Assembly: GCA_947624625.1 (NCBI GenBank)
Contig: CANQLD010000002.1
Location: forward strand, 415-64,414
Source of the DNA: an uncultured Clostridia bacterium
GTDB taxonomy: Bacteria; Bacillota; Clostridia; TANB77; CAG-465
Direction: 5' to 3'
Length of the DNA stretch: 64,000 nucleotides
This document shows, one piece after another, positions 1-10,200 of this stretch; positions within the stretch are counted from its first letter, which is position 1; every line of letters begins with the position of its first letter. The position numbers were made by a program, and so were the translations under genes. The notes beneath the pieces were generated by a model, which made no database searches, was not told the origin of the DNA, and saw only the letters and a list, made by a program, of their open reading frames with translations.

Positions 1-35
1 TTTTTTTGAAAAAAAAGAAAATTTGTTCTGTTTTT

Positions 36-69
36 TAAAAAATCACTTAAGAATAACTCCTAAGTGATT
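36..69 (-). terminator. Putative Rho-independent terminator after yigZ
   Basis: 9-bp inverted repeat AATCACTTA (41..49 and 61..69) overlaps the yigZ stop codon. A short T run follows on the minus strand. Confidence 0.4.
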
Positions 70-683
70 ATATATTTAAATATTTTATTTTTAAAATCGT
101 TTAACTCATCTTCTCTAATATCGAGAGATATTTCAATATTATCGTTAAAATTGCTACTAATATTTTTTATAACATTATTTTGTTTATATTCATTTATAAC
201 CGAATTAACTATATCATAATTTGAATATTTTATAATAAATTTTAAATTTGTATAATTATATATTTTATCAATAACACATTTATCCTTTGCCTCTTTATAT
301 GCTTTAAAATATGCTCTAAGTAAAGGACCAGCTCCAAGCAATATTCCTCCAAAGTATCTAACAATTATAACACAAATATTAGTTAGGTTATCTTTTTGCA
401 AATTCTCATATATAGCTTTTGTACCTGTTCCTTGTGGCTCACCATTATCACTAAATCTAATATTTACATTATTATTTTCTTTATACGAATATATATATAC
501 AACGTGCCTTGCTTGTTTATTACTCTTTTTTGTTTGTTCAATTAGAGAAATTGCCTCTTGCTCATTAGATATACTATATATATAACATATAAACTTAGAT
601 TTCTTTTCTTCATAAGTATATGTAGATAGATATGTATTTTCATTATTTTCTTTTTTAATTAAAGTATAATAATATTTATTCAT
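60..683 (-). CDS. yigZ: IMPACT/YigZ (UPF0029) family protein
   Basis: ORF 60..719 trimmed to the ATG at 683 (MNKYYY). Motifs DNGEPQGTGT and VRYFGGILLGAGPLLRAY are typical of the YigZ/IMPACT family. Confidence 0.8.
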   Translation of the reverse strand: MNKYYYTLIKKENNENTYLSTYTYEEKKSKFICYIYSISNEQEAISLIEQTKKSNKQARHVVYIYSYKENNNVNIRFSDNGEPQGTGTKAIYENLQKDNLTNICVIIVRYFGGILLGAGPLLRAYFKAYKEAKDKCVIDKIYNYTNLKFIIKYSNYDIVNSVINEYKQNNVIKNISSNFNDNIEISLDIREDELNDFKNKIFKYIIT

Positions 684-737
684 AACAAACTCCATAACAA
701 AAAGCACATTGCAAAACAAACTACAATGTGCCTTTTT

Positions 738-2019
738 TTAATTATATTCATATTTTGGTTTTGCGTTTTTTGTTACAACATCCTTAGTAATAATACATTT
801 TTTGATATTTTTATTAGATGGAACTTCATACATAGCATCCATCATAACTTTTTCAAGTACTGCTCTTAAGCCTCTTGCACCAGTTTTTCTTTCAAGTGCA
901 ATATTTACAATTTCTTCCATAGCCTCTTTTTTTATTTCAAGTTCTACATTGTCCATTTTAAATAATTTCTTGTATTGTTTTAATAAAGCATTTTTTGGTT
1001 TTGAAAGTATATCAATTAAGGCCTCTTTAGTTAAATTACTTAAGTATGTTATAATAGGAAGTCTACCAACAAGTTCAGGTATTAAACCATATTTAACTAT
1101 ATCGTGTGGTTGAACTTCAGAAAATATTTTTCCAATATCAATATCTTTTTTTTCTTCAACTTTTGCTCCAAATCCCATTGTTTTTGTGTGAACTCTAGAT
1201 TTAATAATTTTTTCAAGTCCATCAAAAGCACCACCACATATAAACAAAATATTAGTTGTATCAATTTTAATAAATTCTTGTTGTGGATGTTTTCTACCAC
1301 CTTGAGGAGGAACATTAGCAACAGTTCCTTCAATAATCTTAAGTAATGCTTGTTGAACACCCTCACCACTAACATCTCTTGTAATAGATGGATTTTCTGA
1401 TTTTCTTGATATCTTATCTAGCTCGTCAATATATATAATTCCACGTTCAGCTTTTTGTATGTCAAAATCTGCAGCTTGAATTAATCTTAGTAAAATATTT
1501 TCTACATCTTCTCCAACATATCCTGCTTCAGTTAATGTTGTAGCATCAGCTATAGCAAATGGAACGTGTAAAATCTTTGCAAGTGTTTGAGCAAGTAAAG
1601 TCTTTCCGACAACCTGTTGGACCTAAAAGTAGTATATTACTTTTTTGTATTTCAACATCATCCAGCTTATCCATATTCCTTATTCTTTTGTAATGATTAT
1701 ATACAGAAACGGCTAAAACTTTTTTTGCTTCTTCTTGCCCTATAACATATTGATCAAGTACATTTTTAATTTTTTCTGGAGAAGGAAGTTCTTTAGTTTC
1801 AATAAGCTCTTTTGTGCCATTTGTTTTATCACTTACTACATCTATATCTTCATCGTGCATTATTTTGTGACACATTTCAACACACTCGTCACATATTAAA
1901 ATTCCATCAGGTCCTTCAATTAGCTTATTAACTTCTTGTCTTAATCTACCACAAAAAGAACAAAATATCATATCTTCTGGAATATCAAAGCCACCGTTAT
2001 TATTTCCTTTTTTACCCAT
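738..2019 (-). pseudogene. clpX: ATP-dependent Clp protease ATP-binding subunit ClpX, interrupted by a 1-nt frame break inside Walker A
   Basis: N-part (2019..1609) has the zinc ribbon CSFCG...CDEC and LLLGPTGC. The zero frame then reads CGG (1606..1608) and stops at 1546. The +1 frame (1607..738) reads [42 protein letters not shown]...IYIDELDKI...FICGGAF. Removing one base in 1608..1611 gives a 426-aa ClpX. Gene order tig-clpP-clpX is canonical. Confidence 0.9.
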
Positions 2020-2028
2020 AAATAATTA

Positions 2029-2637
2029 TTACTCCTTAGTTATTTGTGATATATTTTCCATTATATCGTCAATAAGTCCATAATCTTTAGCTTCTTTTGC
2101 AGATAAGAAGTTATCTCTATCTGTATCTTTTTCAATTTGTTCTAGTGTTTGACCTGTTCTTTCACTTAATATTTTATTTAAAGTATCTTTTGTCCTTAAT
2201 ATAAAATCTGCGTGAATTTTCATATCACTTGCTTGACCTTGCATACCACCAAGTGGTTGATGTATCATTATTGTTGAATTAGGTAAAGCAAATCTTTTTC
2301 CCTTTGCTCCTGCAGCAAGTAAAAATGCTCCCATACTAGCAGCCATTCCAACACAAATAGTTGAAACATCTGATTTAATATATTGCATTGTATCGTAAAT
2401 ACCCATACCTGCAGTTACAGATCCACCAGGACTATTTATATATAGATAAATATCTTTTCCAGGATCTTCAGCATCCAAAAATAGAAGTTGTGCAACTACT
2501 AAAGAAGCAGTAACATCATTTACTTCGTCAGATAAGAATATTATTCTTTCTTTTAAAAGTCTTGAATAAATATCGTAAGATCTTTCGCCTTTACTTGTTT
2601 GTTCAATTACCATTGGTACTAAACTATCTTTAATCAT
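2029..2637 (-). CDS. clpP: ATP-dependent Clp protease proteolytic subunit
   Basis: 202 aa. ClpP motifs: [14 protein letters not shown], active-site context [30 protein letters not shown] lies 7 nt upstream. Confidence 0.95.
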   Translation of the reverse strand: MIKDSLVPMVIEQTSKGERSYDIYSRLLKERIIFLSDEVNDVTASLVVAQLLFLDAEDPGKDIYLYINSPGGSVTAGMGIYDTMQYIKSDVSTICVGMAASMGAFLLAAGAKGKRFALPNSTIMIHQPLGGMQGQASDMKIHADFILRTKDTLNKILSERTGQTLEQIEKDTDRDNFLSAKEAKDYGLIDDIMENISQITKE

Positions 2638-2663
2638 ATTAAAACCTCCTCATTATATATTTA

Positions 2664-3950
2664 TTATTTTTCAATAACACTATTTACAATTACATCCATA
2701 GTTTTATCTTGAGCAATTTTTTCTTTCATATATTTTCTAGCACTTTCATTTTGTTTTAATGAAGAAGAATCATCTGTGCCATATTGTTTTGCAAGTTCGT
2801 CAATTTTTTCATCAATTTCACTTTCTTCAACTTTTACATCTTCATTTTTAGTTATATATTCAAGTGCAAGTCTTAATTTAATATCTTTAAGAGCATTTGG
2901 TTTTAAAGTCTCCTTGAAATCGTCAAGTTTTGTTTTAGTAAATTCAAGATATTGTTCTAATGTCATACCTTGGTATGATAAATTTTGACTAAATTGTTGA
3001 ATCATTTTTTCAACTTCATCTTCAATCATAGACTCAGGTATTGTTACTTCAACATTTTCTACTAATTTATCTATTGCTTTTGTTTCTCTTTCAGCTTTTG
3101 CTTGATTTTCTTTCTTTTCTTTTACTTTCTTTTCTAAATCTTTTTTGTATTCTTCTAAAGTTTCAAAATCAGAAACATCTTTTGCAAATTCATCATCAAG
3201 CTCAGGAAGTATTTTTTCTTTAATGCTAATTAATTTTACTTTAAAAGTAGCATCTTTTCCTGATAAACTTTCTTCGTGATAATTTTCAGGGAATTTTACT
3301 TTTATTTCTCTATCTTCACCAATATCCATACCAATTAATTGATCTTCAAATCCATCAATAAATTGTCCACTTCCAATAGTTAATTCAAAGTTTTCTCCTT
3401 TACCACCATCAAAAGCTACTCCATCAACAAATCCTTCAAAATCAATTGTTGATATGTCATTTTTTTGTAATTTTCTATTATCTACACTAACAAGATTTGC
3501 ATTTTTATCTCTAACAGACTCAAGTTCTGCGTCAACATCTTTTTTTGTTACTTTAGTACTATTTACCTTTTCAATTTCAAGTCCTTTATATTTTTTTACT
3601 TTTGCTTCAGGCTTAACATAGAAAGTTACAGTATATACAAAATCTTGATCTTTTCCTATTTGTTTAATATCCATATTTGGTCTTGAAACAACTTCAAGAT
3701 TATTTTCCTCAATTGCTTTTCTATATGCATCATCTACTGTATCTTCTATTACAGTTTCATATAATACACCATCACCATACATTTTCTCTACAACATTTCT
3801 TGGCACTTTACCATTTCTAAAGCCTGGTACTTTAAATTTTTTAGCATTCTTTTGAAATGCAACATCTAAAGCTTTGTTAAAATCCTCCTTTGGCATTGTA
3901 AATTCTACTTCAACTAGAGAATTTTCTTTTTTATCAATTTTTACATCCAT
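2664..3950 (-). CDS. tig: Trigger factor
   Basis: Ribosome-binding motif FRNGKVPR and a central FKBP-type block GFVDGVAFDGGKGENF. Start moved to the ATG at 3950, preceded by GGAGG; the track start at 3965 is a TTG inside the RBS. Confidence 0.9.
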   Translation of the reverse strand: MDVKIDKKENSLVEVEFTMPKEDFNKALDVAFQKNAKKFKVPGFRNGKVPRNVVEKMYGDGVLYETVIEDTVDDAYRKAIEENNLEVVSRPNMDIKQIGKDQDFVYTVTFYVKPEAKVKKYKGLEIEKVNSTKVTKKDVDAELESVRDKNANLVSVDNRKLQKNDISTIDFEGFVDGVAFDGGKGENFELTIGSGQFIDGFEDQLIGMDIGEDREIKVKFPENYHEESLSGKDATFKVKLISIKEKILPELDDEFAKDVSDFETLEEYKKDLEKKVKEKKENQAKAERETKAIDKLVENVEVTIPESMIEDEVEKMIQQFSQNLSYQGMTLEQYLEFTKTKLDDFKETLKPNALKDIKLRLALEYITKNEDVKVEESEIDEKIDELAKQYGTDDSSSLKQNESARKYMKEKIAQDKTMDVIVNSVIEK

Positions 3951-4080
3951 TTCTATTTCCTCCAATTTTTAATTATTTATGTTCAATAACTTCTTTATTA
4001 TATCACAAAATAATTAAAAATTCCACTAAATTTAGTAAATAGTTTAAATAAGTTAAACATTTATATAAAAATTTTAGATA

Positions 4081-4560
4081 TTAAATATTTAAACTATTAA
4101 CCCACTCTTTAAGTTCTTCTTCTAATACTGAACTTGCAAATCTTTTTCCTTCTATTATTGTTGCATTTTTTGCCGAAGGCTTTAACTCATTTACAGTATT
4201 ACCCATACCACTTGAACCTGAAGTTGCAAATGGAACTATTATTTTACCATCTAAATTATAACTTTCTAAAAAGCTATTTATAATTGTTGGAGCTACATAC
4301 CACCAAATAGGGAAACCAAGAAATATAACATCAAAATCCTCAATATTTTCTACTTTATTTGAAATTTTAGGTCTTGAAGATTTATTTCTCATTTCTATTG
4401 AACTTCTACTGTTTTTATCCATCCAATCTAAATCTGCATCTGTATATGGCTCCTCTGGTTTAATTTCAAAGATACTTGCATTTGTAACATTTGCAAGTTT
4501 AGTGGCAACATTTTTTGTTATGCCACTTGCACTAAAATATGCAACTAATACTTTATTCAT
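4081..4560 (-). CDS. Flavodoxin family protein
   Basis: MNKVLVAYFSASGITKNVA N-terminus and the FLGFPIWW motif. ATG at 4560 is preceded by AAGGAGG; the upstream extension to 4629 is rejected. Confidence 0.75.
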   Translation of the reverse strand: MNKVLVAYFSASGITKNVATKLANVTNASIFEIKPEEPYTDADLDWMDKNSRSSIEMRNKSSRPKISNKVENIEDFDVIFLGFPIWWYVAPTIINSFLESYNLDGKIIVPFATSGSSGMGNTVNELKPSAKNATIIEGKRFASSVLEEELKEWVNSLNI

Positions 4561-4597
4561 TTTAAATTCCTCCTTTATTTTATATATCAATATATAA

Positions 4598-5116
4598 TTA
4601 ATATGTATATTTTTCATTAAAAGTATCATTATACCATTTGTGTAATTTTTTTCTTGATTTAAATATATGAACTTTGCTACTATCTATTTTATCTAACAAA
4701 GCATATATTTTAGGTCGTTTTTCCTTATTCCATTTTAATACAAATTTAAGAAATTCGTAATCTAGTTTTTCTTTGCAACCAGGAATTTCAGGCCTTTCCT
4801 TGCCACGAATTTTTATGTACCTGTGTAAAACACTATTTACTCTAGTAAATGTAGAATAGTCTAGAAATATAACAAAATCAGATTTTTCTAATCGTGCATT
4901 CAATGTTGTTATATAATTTCCATCTATTACCCATTTATCCTCATTTGACTTAGAAATGATAATTTCGTCACGTTCTTTTTTATCTCTAAGCTGCCACTTT
5001 TCCAAATGATTTATTCCATCAATATGACATACTGGTAAATTTAGTTTTTTACCTAAATTATTAGCAAGTGTCGTTTTTCCAGACCCAGGTCCACCTATAA
5101 TACATATTCTTTTCAT
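4598..5116 (-). CDS. P-loop NTPase, adenylate-kinase-like (topology modulation FlaR-like family)
   Basis: Walker A IIGGPGSGKTTLA at the N-terminus. Its 172-aa length and overall pattern match small AAA/adenylate-kinase-like proteins. Confidence 0.65.
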   Translation of the reverse strand: MKRICIIGGPGSGKTTLANNLGKKLNLPVCHIDGINHLEKWQLRDKKERDEIIISKSNEDKWVIDGNYITTLNARLEKSDFVIFLDYSTFTRVNSVLHRYIKIRGKERPEIPGCKEKLDYEFLKFVLKWNKEKRPKIYALLDKIDSSKVHIFKSRKKLHKWYNDTFNEKYTY

Positions 5117-5234
5117 AAAATCACATCCAAAAAATTTTAAAACATAACAACTCTATAACTATATAATATCATAAAATTTAAGTAACTTCAATTTTTAAAG
5201 TTAAAGTTTATAAATAAAAAAGAAGCCTTGTAAG

Positions 5235-7292
5235 TTAAGACTTCTTTTTACCTAAATAATCTTCTATAACTTTATACATCCAAGCTGATGAACCTGTATA
5301 CCAAGTCCAACCTCCTCTTCCAATATGTTCAGGATTAGAATATATATCTGCTGCAACAACATATGGTTCAACTTTGTATATATCTGCTTTTTCCTTGGTA
5401 TCCGAGTGAGATATTGGATTAATCATATTAAGTATCTCTATTGCTTTTTTATCTTCCTTTAATTCAAAATATGCCATAGCAAGCCAGTTTGCTGCGTGAG
5501 TATATTGTCCACCATTTTCTCTAATTCCTGGAACATATGCTTTAATATATCCAGGATTATTCTTAGGTTTATCAAATGCTGGATAAAGTAGTTTAACTAT
5601 CATATTTTGTTTATCTACTAAATATTTTTCAGCACTTGCAATTGCAGTTTTAATTTCATCCTTTAAATCAGGATAATCTTTTAAAGCAATAACAGCCCAA
5701 GCTTGAGATATTAAATCAATTTTACACTCTTTATTTGAGTTAGCTCCAAGCACTTCTCCATTTTCAAAAAAAGCTCTAACAAAATGGTTTTCATCCCAAG
5801 CATAGTCAATAATACTATGTTTAAATATATGTCTATGCTTTTGACATAGAGAAATCATTTCTTCATCTTTCATATATTTAGCAATTTTTTCAAAATTTTG
5901 AAGTATATTCATCATAAAGAAAGTAAGCCAAACAGATTCTCCCCTAATATTACTAAATCCATCATTCCAATCGCCATCACCAATTTCTAAAAGTCCATTT
6001 GAAGGATTAATCCTTGATAAAGAATAAAGTATTGCTTTTTTTGCGTGATTATATACACTATCCTTTACATCTATATTATTAAATACATCATAAAGTTCTC
6101 TATTATTGCCCATTGGCTTATCTTCTAAATATGGAACTTCAACATCAAGTATAGAATAATCCTTTGTTTTTGTAATATATTCTACAAGGACATAAGGAAG
6201 CCATAAATAATCATCACTAAAATATGTCCTTATACCTGCATTATTATGGTCGTGCCACCAATGTAGTACGTCACCTTTTTCAAATTGTTTAGAAGAATTT
6301 AATATTATTTGGTTTCTTGTTTTTTCTGGCCAAGTTGAAATTAAAGCCATTGTATCTTGTAGTTGATCTCTATATCCAAGTGCACCACTTGACTGGTAAA
6401 GTCCACTTCTTGCAAATAACCTACACGCAATGGTTTGGTAAAGCAAGAATCCATTTGCCATTATATCTATATACTCATTTCCAGTTTTGAAATTTTTTAC
6501 TACTAGCTTTCTCCAGTATTTTTTTGTTTCTTCGTAAGTTTTTAATACTGCCTCTTTATCTATATATTTATCTTTAATAACATTTGCTTCTTGTTCATCA
6601 TCTGTTGCTCCAAGAATAATACAAAAACTAATTTTCTCACTTGGTTTAAGCTTGATATGAGCATTTACACTATATTCCTTTTCGTCATAAGTTACAACTA
6701 TATTATCAGAATATGGCAATAAAGTAATATATGCCATTAAATGAGAAAATTCTAAACTATATGGATTTTTAAATTTAAGCACAGAATCTTCTTTTTTGCA
6801 TAATATAAAATCTTCTGTTGTATCACGAGCTACACCAAGAACTGGCTCAATTATATATTTTATATCTATACTTTGTTTTTTGCTTTTTTCTTTATTTTCA
6901 ATTTCAATATATTGTATTTTAATATTTTCATTTGGTGGAACAAATATATCCATTCTTTTATTTAAAGTTTCTGTATCTTCAAGAACAACTGTATAACCAA
7001 AACCATATCTTAAATTGTAATCTTTCTCATAAATGCCTTCAAATCTTTCGCCTGGTTCAAAGCTAACCCAGTCATTACACCATTCACTTATTTTATACTC
7101 TCTACTATTCTTGAAGTATGAATAAACAGTACCATAACTTGAAACAATTGTTCCAAATTGTTCATTTGCCATTACATTACACCAAGGAAGAGGTGTATTA
7201 GTATTTAGAATATGATATTCATCTTTTGTAGCATTAAAGCCACCATATGAATTAAAAGCAATATATTCATTATTTGAATTATTCTTCTTCAT
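5235..7292 (-). CDS. GH94 glycoside phosphorylase module (C-terminal part of cyclic beta-1,2-glucan synthase), encoded as a separate ORF
   Basis: Motifs TPLPWCNVMAN, ALGYRDQLQD, HWWH, GDGDWNDG and ENGGQYTHAA are typical of the GH94 catalytic domain. The ATG overlaps the upstream ORF by 14 nt. Confidence 0.8.
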   Translation of the reverse strand: MKKNNSNNEYIAFNSYGGFNATKDEYHILNTNTPLPWCNVMANEQFGTIVSSYGTVYSYFKNSREYKISEWCNDWVSFEPGERFEGIYEKDYNLRYGFGYTVVLEDTETLNKRMDIFVPPNENIKIQYIEIENKEKSKKQSIDIKYIIEPVLGVARDTTEDFILCKKEDSVLKFKNPYSLEFSHLMAYITLLPYSDNIVVTYDEKEYSVNAHIKLKPSEKISFCIILGATDDEQEANVIKDKYIDKEAVLKTYEETKKYWRKLVVKNFKTGNEYIDIMANGFLLYQTIACRLFARSGLYQSSGALGYRDQLQDTMALISTWPEKTRNQIILNSSKQFEKGDVLHWWHDHNNAGIRTYFSDDYLWLPYVLVEYITKTKDYSILDVEVPYLEDKPMGNNRELYDVFNNIDVKDSVYNHAKKAILYSLSRINPSNGLLEIGDGDWNDGFSNIRGESVWLTFFMMNILQNFEKIAKYMKDEEMISLCQKHRHIFKHSIIDYAWDENHFVRAFFENGEVLGANSNKECKIDLISQAWAVIALKDYPDLKDEIKTAIASAEKYLVDKQNMIVKLLYPAFDKPKNNPGYIKAYVPGIRENGGQYTHAANWLAMAYFELKEDKKAIEILNMINPISHSDTKEKADIYKVEPYVVAADIYSNPEHIGRGGWTWYTGSSAWMYKVIEDYLGKKKS

Positions 7293-10200
7293 TAACTAAA
7301 GCCTCCTCCTTGTCTATAATCTCTTTTTCAAGAATTATACTTTCTTTATTACTTCCTTCAATTTCAGATGTTGTTAAGAAATCGTCAACATTTTGTATAT
7401 ATTTTTTAGCAAGGAAAGATAAAAGTTTAACTTCATTATCATCTAAAAATCTTACATTTAAAATAAATATGTTTCCTTTTGAATAGTCCATATATACTGC
7501 TCTATCAATTCTTGATTTTACAAAAGTATATAGTGGTCCATCTTTTTCTTGTTTCTCATTGATAAGTACAATAATATCTAAATCTATTTTTCTATTTTTT
7601 ACATAGTCCATAAATTTAATAACTTCACTAATAATTCCAGCATCTTCAATTTTATCTATGTATATAAGAAGAATTGGTAAATCTCCTGATATAGAATACT
7701 TCCAAAGCATTGACTGGCTTAATGATGTATCCCAGAATTTTGATGTATCAACTGTTATTCTATTAAATAATACTTCTTTTAAAATATTATTATATATTTC
7801 TGCTTTACCAGCTTCAAGTTGCAAATATCTAGATGTAACACTATTTAATTCACCTGTTAATTTAAACTGGTTAACTAGAGTTTTATTATCTAAATTTATT
7901 ACAGCATTAGATATTTTGTATTTACTATCACTAACACCTAAAACATAATAGAATTCTTGTCTTTCATATGCATCAAGTATAATTCTAGCTCTATATGAAA
8001 GCACTGGCCATAATGGATATCTATTAATTGTTTCGTTATATGCATTATCTATATCTTTAACTAATTTTTGTTTTTCTGTTTCCATTTCCTTTTCAAGGTC
8101 GATACCTATAAGTTTTGCATATACGAATAAATCTTCGTCATTTTCATTTTTCTTTCTTTTACTTGCAACTAGTATATCTAAATCTTCGTCATAATATGTT
8201 TCAATTTGCAAATTACTAAATGAAGGATGAACCACATTAGTCATATAATCTGTCATAGCCATTTCTATATATGTATTTATTATAATCTCTCTTCTAACAT
8301 TTGAATTGTTATATATACTTACCTTCTTTATTTCCATATTATATTCAGGCGACATATACATTGTTGTTGTTGTTTCAAGTTCATTACTTTCAAGATATGT
8401 TTCAATTTTATTAAGTGAAGCATTAAATAGTGATTTTTTCATATCCTTATTAATACTATGTGTAAGATTTGTATCCATTACAGAAATTGTTTTACCTGTT
8501 ACTTTATCTGTAAGATATATATAATTTCCACAGTTAGCTAAATTTGTATATCTTTGTTTGTTTATAATTTTATCTTTGTATTTTATAAACATATCTCCAG
8601 AATTTGTAACAATAGTTGAAAGATTTAAACCTTTTAACATTGCAATACAAGTTTCATCTTTAATTTCTGTATCAAGTTCTCTATCTTGAGATATATAATT
8701 TACAAATGTTGTATATTTTTGGATATTTTTCTGTTTGAATACATTTTCATTATCAATAGTAGATTTATTTATTGTTGCTCTTAGTTTTTCTCTTTCTTTA
8801 AGTAATATATCACAAGCTCTAATGTCAGGATTTTCGTGGAAACGTTCTTTAATAATTCCGTGATTTATATAATTATTAATTGATGCAAGTATCATACCTT
8901 GATGGTGAGCCATATATGTTTTTACGATTTCGAATTTTTCATTTTCTCCAATATGTTCTTTAGTATAATCAATTGCTTCATAGAAACCATAACTTGAATA
9001 TGCCCCTATCTTTTTTAATCTTTTTATATTTTTATATACACTATATGGATCATATTCTATTGTTAGAAGTGAAGCATATGGAGATACTACTAAGTAATCA
9101 TTAAGACCTCTTTTAAGTCCAAGCCAAGGAATTCCAAACTCTTGATATTGATAATTTAACTGATTATCCTTAACTGCAAATGCAGATTCAGATACTCCCC
9201 AAGGAACTTGGTTATCTCTTGCATATTTTAACTGACTAAATTTATTAAAGAATAATGATTGGTCAATTAGAGTATGTTCATATGATTTATTAAATATATA
9301 TGGCATAAAGTATTCAAATGATGTTCCTGCCCAAGATATAAGCCCCTTATAGCCATCAACTTTAACTAGATTTCTTGAAAGAGCAAACCAATGCTTTGAA
9401 GTTACCTGCCTTCTTGCAATAGCAATTAGACTTGTTGTTCTACTTTCAGACATTAACATATCATAGTAACTATCAATTAGCTTTCCACTTTCCTGAGCAT
9501 ATCCTACGTGGAATAAGTTTCTTGAAGTATCATATAACTCACTAAAATCAGTATCATTAATAAGTTGTTCATTTAAATCATATAAATAATCAAGTACTGT
9601 ATCATATTCTTCATTTTCTCTTTTACCATAAGAATTATTATCTTTAAGTTCATTTATAAACTGTCTTGCAACATAAAGGCAAGCTATAAAATTACCACTA
9701 TCTACTGTTGAAACAAATCTAGGTCTTAATGGTTCAAGTGTTTTTATATTATACCAGTTATATAAATGTCCTTTCCATTTTTCTAGTTTTTCTAAAGTTC
9801 CATATACATTTTTTAATTTAGTAATTGTTTCTTCTTTTGATATGAATTTTAAATCATATGCAGTTATTATTGCAAGTATTCCCATACCAATATTTGTAGA
9901 AGAAGTTCTATTTGCTATTTTGTATCTTCTATTTTCTTGATAGTTATCTGTTGGCAAATAGTTATTTACTTGTGTCATCATACTATCAAAGAAAAACCAA
10001 GTTCTTTTTGCAACTTCAAGCACTTCTTCTTCCTCTTTATCGTCAAGTCTTTTCCTTCTTCCAAGTAAATGGTCTTTTCCAAGTAAATATGCAAGAAATG
10101 GTGCGAATAAAAATGTAAATGCAATTATATATTTAACATTAAAATGTAATGCAGGGTATGTATTTATTGTTGGTATAATGAAAAGTAAAGCTGCAAATAT

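Noticed and set aside
802-1346. Track ORFs 802..1113(+), 1104..1346(+) and 1097..1375(-) in the clpX region
   Set aside because: They are antisense or out-of-frame shadows of clpX, with low-complexity Phe/Ser/Ile/Leu-rich translations. The region is fully explained by the frame-shifted clpX. The same reasoning applies to the other short plus-strand ORFs inside minus-strand genes (for example 26622..27038, 53061..53588 and 35616..36002).
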